A stretch of 61,292 bases of DNA, counting the filler, from Basidioascus undulatus (lineage: Eukaryota): assembly GCA_000826855.1 (NCBI GenBank). It is 9 parts of 9 records of this genome, joined end to end, with 100 filler letters (N's around TTAATTAATTAA, not from the genome) between each part and the next. Parts side by side here need not be neighbours in the genome. Positions count along the whole stretch, not along the records: positions 9,038 to 13,438 come from JTLS01002159.1; positions 13,539 to 38,870 come from JTLS01000216.1; 7 more parts are not named here. One strand, given 5' to 3'. Below, in pieces: positions 12,101-24,561 of this stretch. Under the pieces are notes generated by a model, which worked only from the letters and a program-made list of their open reading frames with translations, was not told the origin of the DNA and ran no database searches. How positions within the stretch are numbered: the stretch's first letter is position 1; each line of letters begins with the position of its first letter. A program made the position numbers and the translations under genes.

Positions 12101-13438
12101 ATGCCCGCGATCGGGATAGTGAGCTCGCGCTCGTCGCGAACAACGCTGATTATCCTCCTCCCGCTCATCCTCCTCTTCGCGACGCTCTTCCTCCTCGCGG
12201 CGCTCTTCCTCATCGCGTACCTCATCCTCCGCCGGCGCAAGCGCCGCATCGCGCTCGCCGACCTCGACGGCCCGCTCGACCTGTCCCGGCAGGAGGACGA
12301 CGAGGGCCTGGCGGGCTGGGGGATCGGCGAGGCGGGCGGGCAGCAGGTCGCTATGGCGCGCTGGGCGGAGACGCTGGACGAAGGCAGACGGGCGGGATGG
12401 GAGAGGGCAAAAGGTGTGGCGCTCCCGCACTCTCTTGTTCTCGCTGGGGTCACGCTTCCTCACGCGGTAGATTATGGCTCGCAGACTTCCAATTGCAGCA
12501 CCCCCCGAACTCTCAGCCGACGGGTATCACGCTCTCGCAGTTCCTGACGATCCAAGAAAAGGGCGTGTCGGCATGGTCGTTCGAGCCCGACTACGAGTCC
12601 GCGCCCCCGCTGTTCGTCCAGTCCCGGACGGAGATCACCTTCCTCGCGGACGGCGAGGGCATGGCGCCGCGCGAGGGTGGCGCGTGCAGCGTGCAGAGCA
12701 ACCTGCCCCTGCCCCGCCTGAACGAGTGCTACTACTGGGAGGTCAAGCTGTTTGAGCTCAGCGAGGGCACGGAGGTCGCGATCGGACTCGCCACAAGGCC
12801 GTATCCGTCATTCCGGCTTCCTGGTGCGTCTTGCTTCTCTTGGGCGGCGAATGGGTGGGCGATCGTCTTACATGATGGGAGGCCGAACGGATTGAACAGG
12901 CTGGAACAAGTACTCAGTAGCCTACTCCTCGACCGGCGAGACGTACCACAACCACCCCTTCACTGGGCACCCGTCCGGCCCGCCGCTGCACGAGGGCGAC
13001 GTCCTCGGGGTCGGCTACCGCCCGCGCACGGGCACGGTCTTCTTCACGCGAAACGGGAAGCGGCTCGACCCGCCGGACACGTTCACCGGTCTAACGCGGC
13101 ACGACCTCTTCCCGACGGTGGGGACGACGGGCGCGGCGGTGCTGCACGTCAACCTCGGCCAGGCAGGGTTCGTGTTCATCGAGGCGAACGTGAAGAAGTG
13201 GGGGCTCGCGCCGATGATCGGCACGCTCGCCCCGCCCCCCGCGTACGGGAGCGAGGGCGGGAGCGTCCTGTTGGAGCGCGGGCTGGCGGGCGCGCGGGAG
13301 GGCCAGGCGGGCCAGGCGGCGCAGGAGGGCAGCGCAAGTCCAAGGAGGAACTCGCAGCGCGCTAGACGCCCGCCGCCAAACAGCACGCCGGACAGCGTCG
13401 TCGGCTCGCCGCACCCGCACCGCCCCTCCCAGCTCCGC
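12101..13438 (+). CDS. SSH4: Ssh4-family SPRY-domain membrane protein (Rsp5 adaptor); 3' truncated
   Basis: N-terminal TM helix, PPNSQPTGITLSQFLTIQEKGVSAWSFEPD, SVQSNLPLP, YYWEVK, GLATRPYPSFRLPG, FVFIEANVKKWGLAP. Confidence 0.93.
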
Positions 13439-13538
13439 NNNNNNNNNNNNNNNNNNNNNNNNNNNNNNNNNNNNNNNNNNNNTTAATTAATTAANNNNNN
13501 NNNNNNNNNNNNNNNNNNNNNNNNNNNNNNNNNNNNNN

Positions 13539-16314
13539 GTGTCGGGCGCGGGGGGCCGTGCGCTTGCGAGTCGCGTCGGGCGGAGGCGGCCGGGGCGGCC
13601 GGGGCGTACAAGTGGCGGCCGGCTGAGGCGGGCGGCGGGCCGGAAGGGGGGGCGTACGAGTCGCGACGGGCGGAGAAGGCGGCCGGTGGGGATGGAGATG
13701 GGCGAGGCGAGGGTTCCGGTGCACGCGGGGAAGAGCGCGGCGGCGAGCGCGCATGCGAGGTCGCGGATGACGACGGCGAAGAAGCGTGGATCCCGCTTCC
13801 CGGCCTGGCGAGGGCGTAGGGCCCCTCGTCCGGCTCGATGCGGTGTGGCGGGTCATACAGAACCTCGGTCTCCTGCGGCTTTGCCTTCTCCCTCTCCGTC
13901 TCCTCCTTCGGTACCACCGTCGGGCGCATCTTCCTCGGCGTATACGCCGTGAGCCCCTGCTCCGGCTCCGCCGGCTCGGCAGTCGCGACGGCCGAGTACA
14001 CGCCGCGCCACCAGGCGAGGATCCCGCCCTGGTGCGCGGGGTCGTGCGGGTCCTCGTTGCGCGCCCGCCGCTCGAGCGACTCGCGGAACTCGGAGCTGAA
14101 GCGCCGCGTCGCGGGGAGGGCGGAGAGCTGGTGCGGCGGGGACGCGCGGGACTGGGGCAGGGAGAGCTCGCGATCGTGCTCGTGGGGCGAGTGATAGTGG
14201 TACACGTCTGCGAGGTGGTGCTGCACGTGGTGGTGATGGCCATGGTCGTGTCGGACGAGGTAGTGGTGATGGTGACTATGCCGGGTGACGCCACCATACC
14301 CCAACGTGGGCGGCGTGAGCGGCTCACTCTCGTCCGCGCCCACCTTCTCCTTCTCCACGCTCTCCGCCTCATGCTCGTGCTCGTGCTCAAGCGGGTGCCT
14401 CGCGAGCAGCCGCCGCGCGTCCTCGATCCCGCTGTCGGCGTTCGGGGCGCGCTGCCGCCCGCGCCCGAGCGCCTTCTCCATGTCCGCCTCGCGCGCCTCG
14501 CGGAGCGTCGGCTTGCCGCCGCGGAACATCCACCGTGAGGAGCTGATCATTTCGGAGCCGAAGTCGCGGAACTGGTGCCCCGTGATGTGTAAGCGCGGGT
14601 AAACGTGCGAATGGCGAAAGTAACAGATGAAGGGCGCACGTCGTAAGCGTGCAGCAGCGACACGATCCTTGACGTCCGCGAGCGGTCCGGTGTGCGGTAC
14701 GGCAAGTACCTGCGCGTCTCCCGCAGTCCATCAGGGCCAAAGCCGGAAGGGGATGCAGGCAGGAGGAAGCACGCACGGGAACGCCTTCAGATGCGCGAGC
14801 GCAAAGAAGCACATCTCGAGCGTAAGGAGGATCGCGCCGATCCCTGTCTGAATCTCGAGCGAGGACATGTACTTCGAGTCCTTGATGACGCCGAAGACGT
14901 CGAGCGCGGAGAGCAGCGTCGCTTGCCAGAAGACGATGAAGATGAGGAGCTTCACCGAGCTGAGGGGTGGGTCGGTGAGGGGAATGGGGTTGGGGAGGGG
15001 AGGGAGGGGGAGGAGAGGAACGTACATGAACTTCAGAACCGGCTTGTACGGCTTCAGGTGCTCGTCCATGGTGATCACGAGCTGGACGACGGCGTACATG
15101 GCGACGGTGACGCTTTACGCCCACCAACACCTCAGCGTCCGCGCCCTCAGACACATAGGGGTGGGGGAAAGGGAGAGATGCGAAGGGACGCACGAGATGG
15201 AGATGATGATGATCACCCACACGTGCCCGAAGACAGGCGACCACGACTCGACGCAATAGTAGTTCCCGACGGCTTGGGCGATCACGGACCCGATGGTGCA
15301 GGCCGCTTTTGCCCCACGTCTTCTCTTTAGTCAGGTGCTCTCCGCTGTGGGAGGTGAGATGCATAGGGGCTCACGCCGCAGGATGCAGTACTGCAGGACA
15401 CAGATCTTTATGACCCAGAGGAAGGACATGCCATCCTGTTTCATTCGTTAACGAATCAATATGAGTGAAGGGGAGTATGGGAGGAGGGGGGCTTGCTTTG
15501 GGCTTCCGCATCTTCTTCAGCGGCCAGGCCCAGTGAAACTCGTTCATGTCGAGCTGCATTGGGACGAACGTGTCAGGGCGGTCGGAAGGGGCAACATAAA
15601 GAAGGAATGACAAGCCTTCATGAACGCTTTCTCCTGCTCCTCCTTTGTCTCGCCGATGTAGAGCAGGAACAAGTAGAACAGCGAGGTGAGGACGATCGCC
15701 TCGTAGCCTGGTCCCGCCGCGCGGATCTGTCAGCTGCGCATGCGCGTGGAGAAAAGAGAGCAATGGGACACTCACAATCTCTTATCAATTCGTAATATAT
15801 AGCCTTTCCCGAACCTGATAAGCAGATGGAAACGATGGTTGGGACTGGAGAAACTCACCTGGCGGAACTGGATGAATGAGAGCCAGGAGACGAAGCTGTA
15901 CACGAAGACCATAGATAAGCAGCGGATGATGTGCCGCTGCTGCTTCTTGTGCGTGTAGAAGATGAGGTGCTGTCCGTCCGAGGTAAGTAGGTGGGGTGCG
16001 AAATGACGGTAGGGTACGGACACGGTCGATGAGCCAGAAGGAGACTGCGGCGGGGCGTCAGTGCTGGGGTGAGGGAGCGGAGCAGGGAGGGCATGGGACG
16101 ACGCACTGCAGCTTCCGACGACCGTGAATATCCCAGAGACGATGAAACCGACGTCTGTGCACCACGCCTTGCCCCTAAGCCTGCGTCTTCCATCCCACTG
16201 CAGCTCCCGGCGCGCGCACTCACAGCGCGCAGGGAAGTCGACTTCGCCGTCGCCGCGCCAGAAAGGCGTGGTGTCGTGCGGCTTGTGTACGATTGGGCAC
16301 GTCATGTTGACCAT
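13539..16314 (-). CDS. Organic solute transporter OST-alpha / TMEM184 family; 3' truncated
   Basis: QQRHIIRCLSMVFVYSFVSWLS, YEAIVLTSLFYL, KICVLQYCIL, KPVLKF..VKLLIFIVFWQ, EMCFFALAHLKAF. Confidence 0.92.
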
Positions 16315-16913
16315 GGCTGGCGAGTATTATGTTTCGAGTTCGAGAGTTCGAAAGTGGTCGGGAGGCCGTGAGGGTCGTTAGGCGTGGGAAGTCGTGCGTC
16401 GTTGGCGAATCGTGAGTCGTGAGTATCGTTAGCAGTGCGCAGGGCGCGTGGAAGCGCCTGCTGTTGAGAGAAAGGCCAGGAGCGGGAGGAGAAGGAGGAG
16501 GAGAAGGAGTTGATGGCGAGGAGGCAGCCAAGAAGGTGCAGGGGGTTAATCGAAGCCAGGCACAGGCGAAGCCCCTATCCTGCAAGCTGGAGTCTGTCGC
16601 GTCGACCAGTCAAGTATACAGTTGAATCGTATTCTCACTCGGTGATGAGTCGTGTCCAGGTCAGCATATTTGGTCGCCTTCATATCAATGTTAGCGGTAG
16701 AGTCGTTGATGGAAGTAAGAGTTGAGGAAAGAAAGCAGAACTCGACAGGGTGTTTTGGACACGCGAAGCGACGCTTACAGTCAAGCCCTTTCGGTTTCAA
16801 AGATTCTCGGAACTGCCGAAATACAGTTGTCTGCATTCAGCGCGTCCCGAGCGCGTTCGCCTTGTCCGCATGCACTCATTCGCTCCTGCCATACCTCCTC
16901 CTCGCCAACAAAA

Positions 16914-17990
16914 ATGCCGACCTACAACGCAGCAGACTACATCGAGACCGTCCGTCTCCCTCTCCCTTCCAACTTCATATCCCCCTCCTACCATTTCCCC
17001 ACTCCCTTACACTGCCCCCGCCCCCCCAACAGGACACCGGCAACAAGGTATCCCGCAAGTCCAACATCTGCGGCGCAGTCAACATCATCCTCGGCGGCAA
17101 GACCATCATCAAGCCGAGCGCCATCATTCGCGGTGATCTGCGCCGCGCGGGGCCACAGCAGGCGATTGCGGTCAGCATTGGGAAGTACTGCATGATTGGC
17201 GAGGGATGCGTTGTTAGGCCGGCTTATAAGGTGCGTTCCCATCACCTTGCTTTCTCCCCGGTTTGTAACTGAAGAAGGTATGGGGACAGACGTATAAGGG
17301 GTGCGCCATCTGTTCTCCGACAAACACCCACCAAGGAGACGTCGCCTGACTGCGAACGTTGTGGGGAGTGGATCGCGAGCAGGACCTTCAGTTACTACCC
17401 CATCAAGATCAGCGACCACGTATCCATCGGCGCGGGGTCCGTGATCGAAGCCGCCGCAATCGGAAACCACGTCGAGATTGGAAAGAACGTTATCATCGTG
17501 CGTCTCCTCCCCCTCTTCCTCCGCCTTCCCTCTTCCCCTCTCCCCTCACCCTCTCTCCCTCACCTCATCTCCCTGTCTTCCTCTGGTGCTGATGAGACGT
17601 TGCGGGGAACAGGGCCGCTTCGTCGTGATCAAAGACTGCGTCAAGATAGCGGACAATGCCGTCATAGCGCCCAACACGGTTATCCCCTCCTTCAGCCACT
17701 TTGCCGGTTCGCCAGGTACCTTCACTTTCTTTCCTCCCTCCACCCCTTCCTCTTCCTGCTTCGCTTGTTTCCCTGCTGACGCGCAATTCGCCTGATCCCA
17801 GCGCACCACATCGAGGACCTCCCCGAGGTGACGCAGGACCTCGTTGAGGCTGCTAGCAAGTCGTACTACCAGAGCTTCCGCCCCGCGGCGGGTACGTTCA
17901 CATTCTCCGCCTCTTCCCACCTCCTACCACCTAAGTTTCCGACAATTCTGAACTGACTGAATGCCTTGGTGCGGGGCTGCAGCTGGCTAA
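16914..17990 (+). CDS. DCTN5: Dynactin subunit 5 (p25)
   Basis: YIET|DTGNKVSRKSNICGAVNIILGGKTII...IRGDLRR...FSYYPIKISDHV...IEAAAIGNHVEIG hexapeptide repeats. Confidence 0.95.
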
Positions 17991-18520
17991 GCGGCGAGCC
18001 CTCGGGACGGGACGGCGCGGCGCGGCGAGCGCACCGAGACCCTCGCCCCCGCGCGCCGATCGGGCCTGGCGCGGCGCTTTCCGCCAGCCCGCCGGCGCAC
18101 GCTGGCGCGCCGTGGATTGGGTGTGTGTCATTATGCGGAAAGCTTGGAATGCGGCAGGGCTGGGGCAGGGAGGAGAGGGCAAGGGCGGTGTTGAGGAAGA
18201 AATCGGACGTCGATGTCTAGGGAGCTGTTGAACTGCGTCCAGCATACAAAGACTAGCTTGCTCTCGCCGCTATGGTGGGAGCGCAAGAAATACTGCCACT
18301 GCCACTGCCACTGCGGATAGGCTTCTGTTTCTGGGACTCTGAAGCGTGGCCTCGAATAATCTGGGTGTAGTGAGCGCTTGGGCACCGCCCTTCTACGCGG
18401 CGACCGGTCGTTCGCGATGCTGAACTTTCCGAGCTGGTATGTCATTCCCACTTTGTCACCTTTCTCATTCCGATTTCTTGAAAGCTGAGATTGGGCTGCG
18501 GTTTCCTCAGCAGTCCGCCG

Positions 18521-19140
18521 GGCCTATTCCCTTCGACGTGTTCGATCTTCCGCTACCTCGTTGAGCCACCGCCCGTAGAACTTCTCGATCGTCCTGTTTC
18601 GCTTCAGCCCCTCCTCGTCAGTCGGACATGATACCGCCTCGGCATGAGGATCGCCTAGTTGCGCTGCGCGCTCACCCACTCGCGTCAGTACTCGCCGCTT
18701 CGCTTCAACGCTCTGTCGGAACCCGCTCTTATTCAGCCTCACCCTCGATTCGCCTCGTCCTCATCTATCGGGAGTCGACCCTTCCTCCCGCGTTCTTTTA
18801 CCTCTTACAAGCCGCCCTGCCTGTTCGGGCGCTCGAGCTTCAGCTGCACGATATCGAGCCCCTCGCAGTGGGCGACATCACCGTATTTGACTCGCTCACA
18901 GGCACGCATCAGCGCAGATGTGAAGAGGCTCGCCACTGCTTGTTTACCCTTCCAAGTCTGCTGTGCTGCTCCAACATCGAGGAGATCATCGTATCCTCCT
19001 CAAACAGCATCCTCACGCGCGGGAGATCGAGCACTGGCGCAAGTTCCGCATCCGCCTCGCCGATACGGAGGGTACGGAGGAGCAGCGGCTCGAGGAGCAC
19101 GAGATGGGAGGCGATGCTCGCGGCGGGCTGGGGAAAGAGA
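18521..19140 (+). pseudogene. Decayed F-box-like gene, copy A (frameshifts, internal deletion)
   Basis: Shares blocks such as CGCTCTGTCGGAACCCGCTCTT and CCTCTTACAAGC with copy B at 20620-21470, and related blocks with copy C; the VSRTW codon is mutated to TGA. Confidence 0.7.
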
Positions 19141-20619
19141 CGATGTCCGAGAAATGTGCGGTCAACCTTCATTCAACTGCGGACTCGCCGCACCCTTTAC
19201 GCGCTATCATGGCTACCACGACCAAAGACTGCCGCCCCTGCCGCCATTATTGTCGGCCTTTCCGGGTCCTCTATATGTAATAGGCCCAGACAGGCTGGTC
19301 CGTAGATATTCATGCTCCAAGTTGTCCACGCTGCAATCTTGCCCCTGCGGCGGTTGCTGCCGAAACACTGCTGTTGAAAAGCAAATCCCTACACAGGATC
19401 CATGTCTCAAGGAAAGAAAAAAAGATGACATTGGAATCTCTGCAACTCTGAGGCGGTCCCACAGACCACAATTGCAATACTCGGTGTAATCCCCAGTACA
19501 GGTTGGCGATCGAGGTGGTGAGGTCACTCCAGTGGCAGCAGGGGGCTGTGCTAAGGCAACAGGTTGGCGCCGACAAAGTAAGCAGGTGGCTTCAGTGTCG
19601 AACATGCAGCTCTTCCGAAGATTCCAATTATCAGCAGATCAGGGTCGGAAAATTCATGGTATCCAACGGCCAAGGCAGGCAGGAGAACACAGGAGATCTA
19701 CAATTAGAATAACTTTGCCTCTTCTGGTCGATCTAAAGGACGACTTCCTTAAGCACCGGATTTTATGGGACTCGGTTAATATTGGTACGAAGAATTGGGA
19801 GAAGGACGCTCAGATAATCTTCCAGCAACAAAGGGACCCGAATACACTGCGGCAGGCGGCATGACATGATGCTCAAGAAGACAAGAACACCGAATTCTGG
19901 AAACAAAAAACAAGAAAATGCATGCTATTGAATCAGTACGCTTGGGCACTTAGATAACTTTCAGTCCTCAGCGGTACAGTGAAAGTGGCACAGCATTAGG
20001 AACGACATCCGAAGCGAGTTGGAGAACGGAACTCAGGGAGACGCACCTTCTTTCATTGATCTCGCCATCAAGTTGTCTATCCAAATATCTGCCTAACATA
20101 TACCTTGCCATGTCCTGGACCTCCATCAACCGCTCCCCGTACTGCACATGCGTTATTTACGGCGCCCTGCTGTTAACGGGCGTGCGCGCATTCTGGGAGG
20201 CTGCCACGTGCCCGCTCTTCCACGACCGCATCCAGAAAGGCTCCTAGCGGCTGTGTGGATCTGCATTGTCCTGTATAGCGCTAGGGATAGGCACTGTGGG
20301 TACCTCCTCTTGCTGGACAGGACGCCGGAACTGATCCTGCTCCTTGGGGATTCACACGCGGCCGGTTGTTGCGTAGTTCCAAAGCCGCTCCTCAAAATCT
20401 TCAACTAGCGACACCCCAAGACAAGATCAGGACTGGTTCCAGAATCTCTCAACAAAGCTTGACAAATAACTTACACATTGCTTCTGGCACGGCGCTTTCT
20501 TCTGCATAGACGTCCGTCGCTCCGTCCGGAGAACCTGTCCAGTCGGTACGTCCCCACTTCTGCATGTTTGATTTGCAATCTTTTGTGCTCAGTTGGGCTT
20601 TTTCTTATTACAGACGCAG

Positions 20620-21470
20620 GCCGTTGGCCTACTTCCTCCCGACGTGCTCCTCGCGATCTTCCGCTACCTTTTCAAGCCGCCGCCTGTGGAGCTTGTCAAG
20701 CACCCAGTTTCGTTTCTGGCCCTCCTCGTCAACCGTCGTGGTACCGCCTCGGCATGCGGGGCCGTTATTCCCGCTTCGCCCTCACCGACTTGAGCTAGTA
20801 TTGGCGCTTCGCGTTTACGCTCTGTCGGAACCCGCTCTTGCTAAGCCTCACCCTCGATCGCCTCGTCCTCGTCTGTGAGGAGTCGGCCCTCCCTCCCGCG
20901 TTTCTTCACCTCTTACAAGCGGCCCTTTCCTGTTCGGGTGCTCGACTGCAACTCCATGGCATCAAGTACTTCTCCATCCATGACTCCAACCTCTTCACCG
21001 ATCTTGCGGGCGTGCACCGTAGGAGGCTGGATGAGGCCATCACTTAGACAGCCTTCCTGACCTACTGCGCTGCTCTGGGATCGAAGTGTGTTCCATAGCC
21101 GCCTCGGATAGTACCCCGGCTTTGTGGCGGATCGTCCGCGGCTCTGCGTGCCTGGCCTCGCCCGTTGCTCCGTTCGTTTGGTGCGCACGCAGACGCTCGG
21201 GGGCTCTTGTTGGATGAATAGAAACAGAGCTTCGAAGTGCGTCTTCGGAATTCTGCCGGGCCTGCGTTTGACGGTCGACGTCACCTGCACGGGGGATTGC
21301 AAGGCGATTGCTGAACTTAGCGAGGAGAACCGCCTTCCGCTCAAGATCGGAGACCAGCGCGGCGAGTCTTGCTTCCGCATTGTTGGGTATGGGACACGAA
21401 CGAACAGCGGCTCGAGAGGAAGTGCGACATCCGGGAGACCATGCTCGCTGCGGGCTGGGAGGAAGGTACG
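20620..21470 (+). pseudogene. Decayed F-box-like gene, copy B
   Basis: LLPPDVLLAIFRYLFKPPP...WYRLGMR F-box-like start; reading broken by frameshifts; DCKAIAE block shared with copy C. Confidence 0.7.
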
Positions 21471-22207
21471 CTGCTTCGTCATTTGCCCCGCATAGGATTG
21501 TTTGCTGACCCTTTCCTTCGTCGGACGACTGCACCGAGGAGTAAGCGGGATCGGTGAAGCCTTCTGTGGCGCTGGGCGGTACGGTTGGTTTCTGTGGGTT
21601 TCGCTATTTCGCGCATGTCGGGTTTTGTGGCCAAGCGTTTGTAGCCCTGGGCATCATTGTAAAGTACAACAGTGCTGCAGGGAAGCAAGGTGTTCGATCA
21701 ATACTTATCAGCGGGCACCTCACTCGTGCCCACGCGAACCAGTACACTGTTTGACTTCCATCCCCCCAACTGCACTCTTAATGGCATCTGCCGTCCAACT
21801 AATATCCTTCGAACAGGGATTTCCTCAATTCTGAGAAAGACCTTTAGAAGACGCAAACTTTTCCTCAGCCAAATTCAATCAGCTTCCTGAAAGACCCAAA
21901 CGCTGCTAGCGGCAGTTGGCAGGACGTGCCGCCACTGTTGTCCTGCCCCTTAAACATTATTCGCGACAGGATTCCGGACCGCGATACGTAGTTTGTCTGC
22001 CTTCGTGTGAAACTGGAATTTCTATGGCCGTTCATAGGGTAAGCATGGTAGCATACGCACTCAAATGACAATTCCCCGTGTACTTACTTGCTAACACAAG
22101 TTCGTTGCTGGGAAGACATCTCTAAGCCTTCTCGCCGTCGTCACAAAGCGAGTGAAACATGGGTCGCATCCTCTGCATTCAGCATGTCGCACATCATCGC
22201 GTAGCAT

Positions 22208-24007
22208 TCATCCTCTCACGTCCACTGTCTCATTCGATACAGGATACACCCCCGCACCGCTCTGCAGATCCCCGTGCAGGTCCCCGATCTTCCACACCTG
22301 CAGACCCTCCCCGTCCGACGGCAAGGGACCCAGCGTGATCCGCTCAACCTCCACTTCCTCCTCGCCGTCCGACGCAACCGAAGTGGCTGATGAAGTAGGG
22401 CTGGGGAAGTGGCGGCTTCCGGAGGTGGTGAGGAGCAGGGGTAGGGAGGGGTGGAAGGAGGCGGTGGAGACGGTGTCTGCACGTGCGCAACGATGGATGG
22501 AGTGAGTGGTGCCGCGCAGCGTTAGCAGACTGAATCGTGTAAACGCACCGGTAGACGCTTGAAAGGTGAAGGACGGGGCAGCCTCGGTCCCATCCGATGG
22601 AACGGTCTGAAGATCGAAGACCGACACGCTGCCATCCTGCATCCTCACTCTCGTCAGCCTCGCCAGGGGGCAAAAGACGTCGATAGACTGAGCGCACCGT
22701 CCCGCCTGTTGAAACACACCGCCCGTCAGGGCTAATGCTGAACCCCAAGCGCTGGTTTGTCCGCCCCGCACGCGGCAGCGTCGCGAGCGGCTGCGAGACG
22801 TCGCGGAGGTCGTAGAGGAGCATGTGCAGCGAGTTACGCATGGCGATGAGGAGGGTCTCGGGAGTAGGGAAGCGGACCTGGTGCGAGCAATACGTAAGCG
22901 TGAGCGAAAATGCATGAACGCGAAGAAACGGGGCTGGACAGCGGAATCGAGCTCACCTGAGTGACCCCGGCGTCGAGGTGCGTGATGAGGATGTGCGGCT
23001 CTGCGCCGGACTTCTGGACGGTGTAAAGCCCCACCGAGCGGGAGAAGGAGCCGGCGGCCAGAAGACCCGAGTAGTCAGGGCTGAAAGACAGGCTGGAAAT
23101 GATGCCTATGGGTGATCGTCGCGTGAGATACTGATACCGGCTGAACTTGTAAGTGGACATTCGCACCTTTCTGACCGGAGCGCGATTTTCGGGACGGCGT
23201 AAGCGGAACATGCGTTGGTGCCTCGCCCGGCGCGTGCACGTCGAAGACGTCGATGGCGGATTCCGTCGCACAGTAGATCCTGTGTATTTGAGGTTCCCGA
23301 AAGGGTCAGCGTGATGCAAGCCCCTATCGCAGCCGACGCACTTCTCTCCAGCCCAGTCAAACACCATGTCTGCAGGCGCAACGAACCGCTCGCGGTGGTC
23401 CTCGAGGGGGTACGTTGCGCGCACAGCGCCCGTGACCCCGTCCAGCAGATGGACAGGTTGGTCCCGCACCGCTGAGGCAAAGCAGAGCGACCCGGGCAGG
23501 GATGTGGACCCGAAGGGGTGGAATGCTGCCGATAGGATTGGTGCGGGTTGCGGGGAAGCCAGGAAGGGTGTGAGAGTCAGGGTGGAGCGGAGGAGGTCTG
23601 GAGGTCTGCATAGCTTTGCTCGTTAAGATCGAGATGGATCGGAATAATAGATATGTGAACAGCGTACAGCTGAAACAGGCGATACGTCCGATCTTCTGCA
23701 TGAGTGAGAATAGTCTGCCCGTCCGCCGACCTAGGGGACAGATGTAAGAACTTGAGTAGCTGTGCAGCACGTAAAGTGATGAAACACACCATTGCGCCGT
23801 TCGAAAGAAGTTTTTCTCGCCGAATTTCGAATTGCTTCTGGCGGTAGCTCGAGCAGCAGCTGCCGGGCCAGATGCGAAGTCATAGACGGGCAGCTGCCAG
23901 GCTGGTGCTGAAGCCGCCGAGACAGTGGAATCGATAGGTCCGCCAGCTGGAGCGGCGACGGACTCGACAGTGAGTGATTTAGTGGTTTCTATCGAAACTT
24001 CAGCCAT
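22208..24007 (-). CDS. SWT21: WD40 protein TCAB1/WRAP53/Swt21 family
   Basis: NFFRTAQW|SADGQTIL, RDQPVHLLDGVTGAVRATY, GIISSLSFSP, RTNQRLGF, ASFHPSLPLLLTTSGSRHF. Confidence 0.88.
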
Positions 24008-24561
24008 GTCAGTGTGCGCAACGGTGGTGAAAGGTGTTGAAAAGGAAAGGCGGCGCTCGTTTGCGTCCAAGTGCTTTGCGCCAGGGTTACGGGTGTCGAC
24101 TTGTGGGCTGCAGCTGGCTACGCTGCACGACCACATTTCTTCACATTTCGGCAATCGCAGTCCAATGCTATGAAAATAAGAATCACATTAAAACCTTCGA
24201 CGTCTAAGATTCGGCCCACATAGCGAATTCGAGCCAGCGTGTCGAGTTCGAGCTATACTCGCCCAACTCACCCATCGATATTGTGACGGGAGACGCTAGC
24301 TGTTTCCTCTGGATGCCTGCGGTAGAGCTTGAAGTTACTGCAAACTTTGTTTTTCCAAGTTACGAATTCGAGGGACAACGGGGAGACAAACCCTCCCCAC
24401 TTCAGCGGCTAAGTGTTGCGATCATCTTCATGTCTTCAGCCGCACTTTCCTCAACACTCTTTTGGATTGCTTGATCCATTGCGAAAGCATTCAGAAGCAT
24501 TTTGAAGGAAGAAAAGAAGACCATGGCTAATATTCAAGGTAAAATTACAATCAACAAACCC

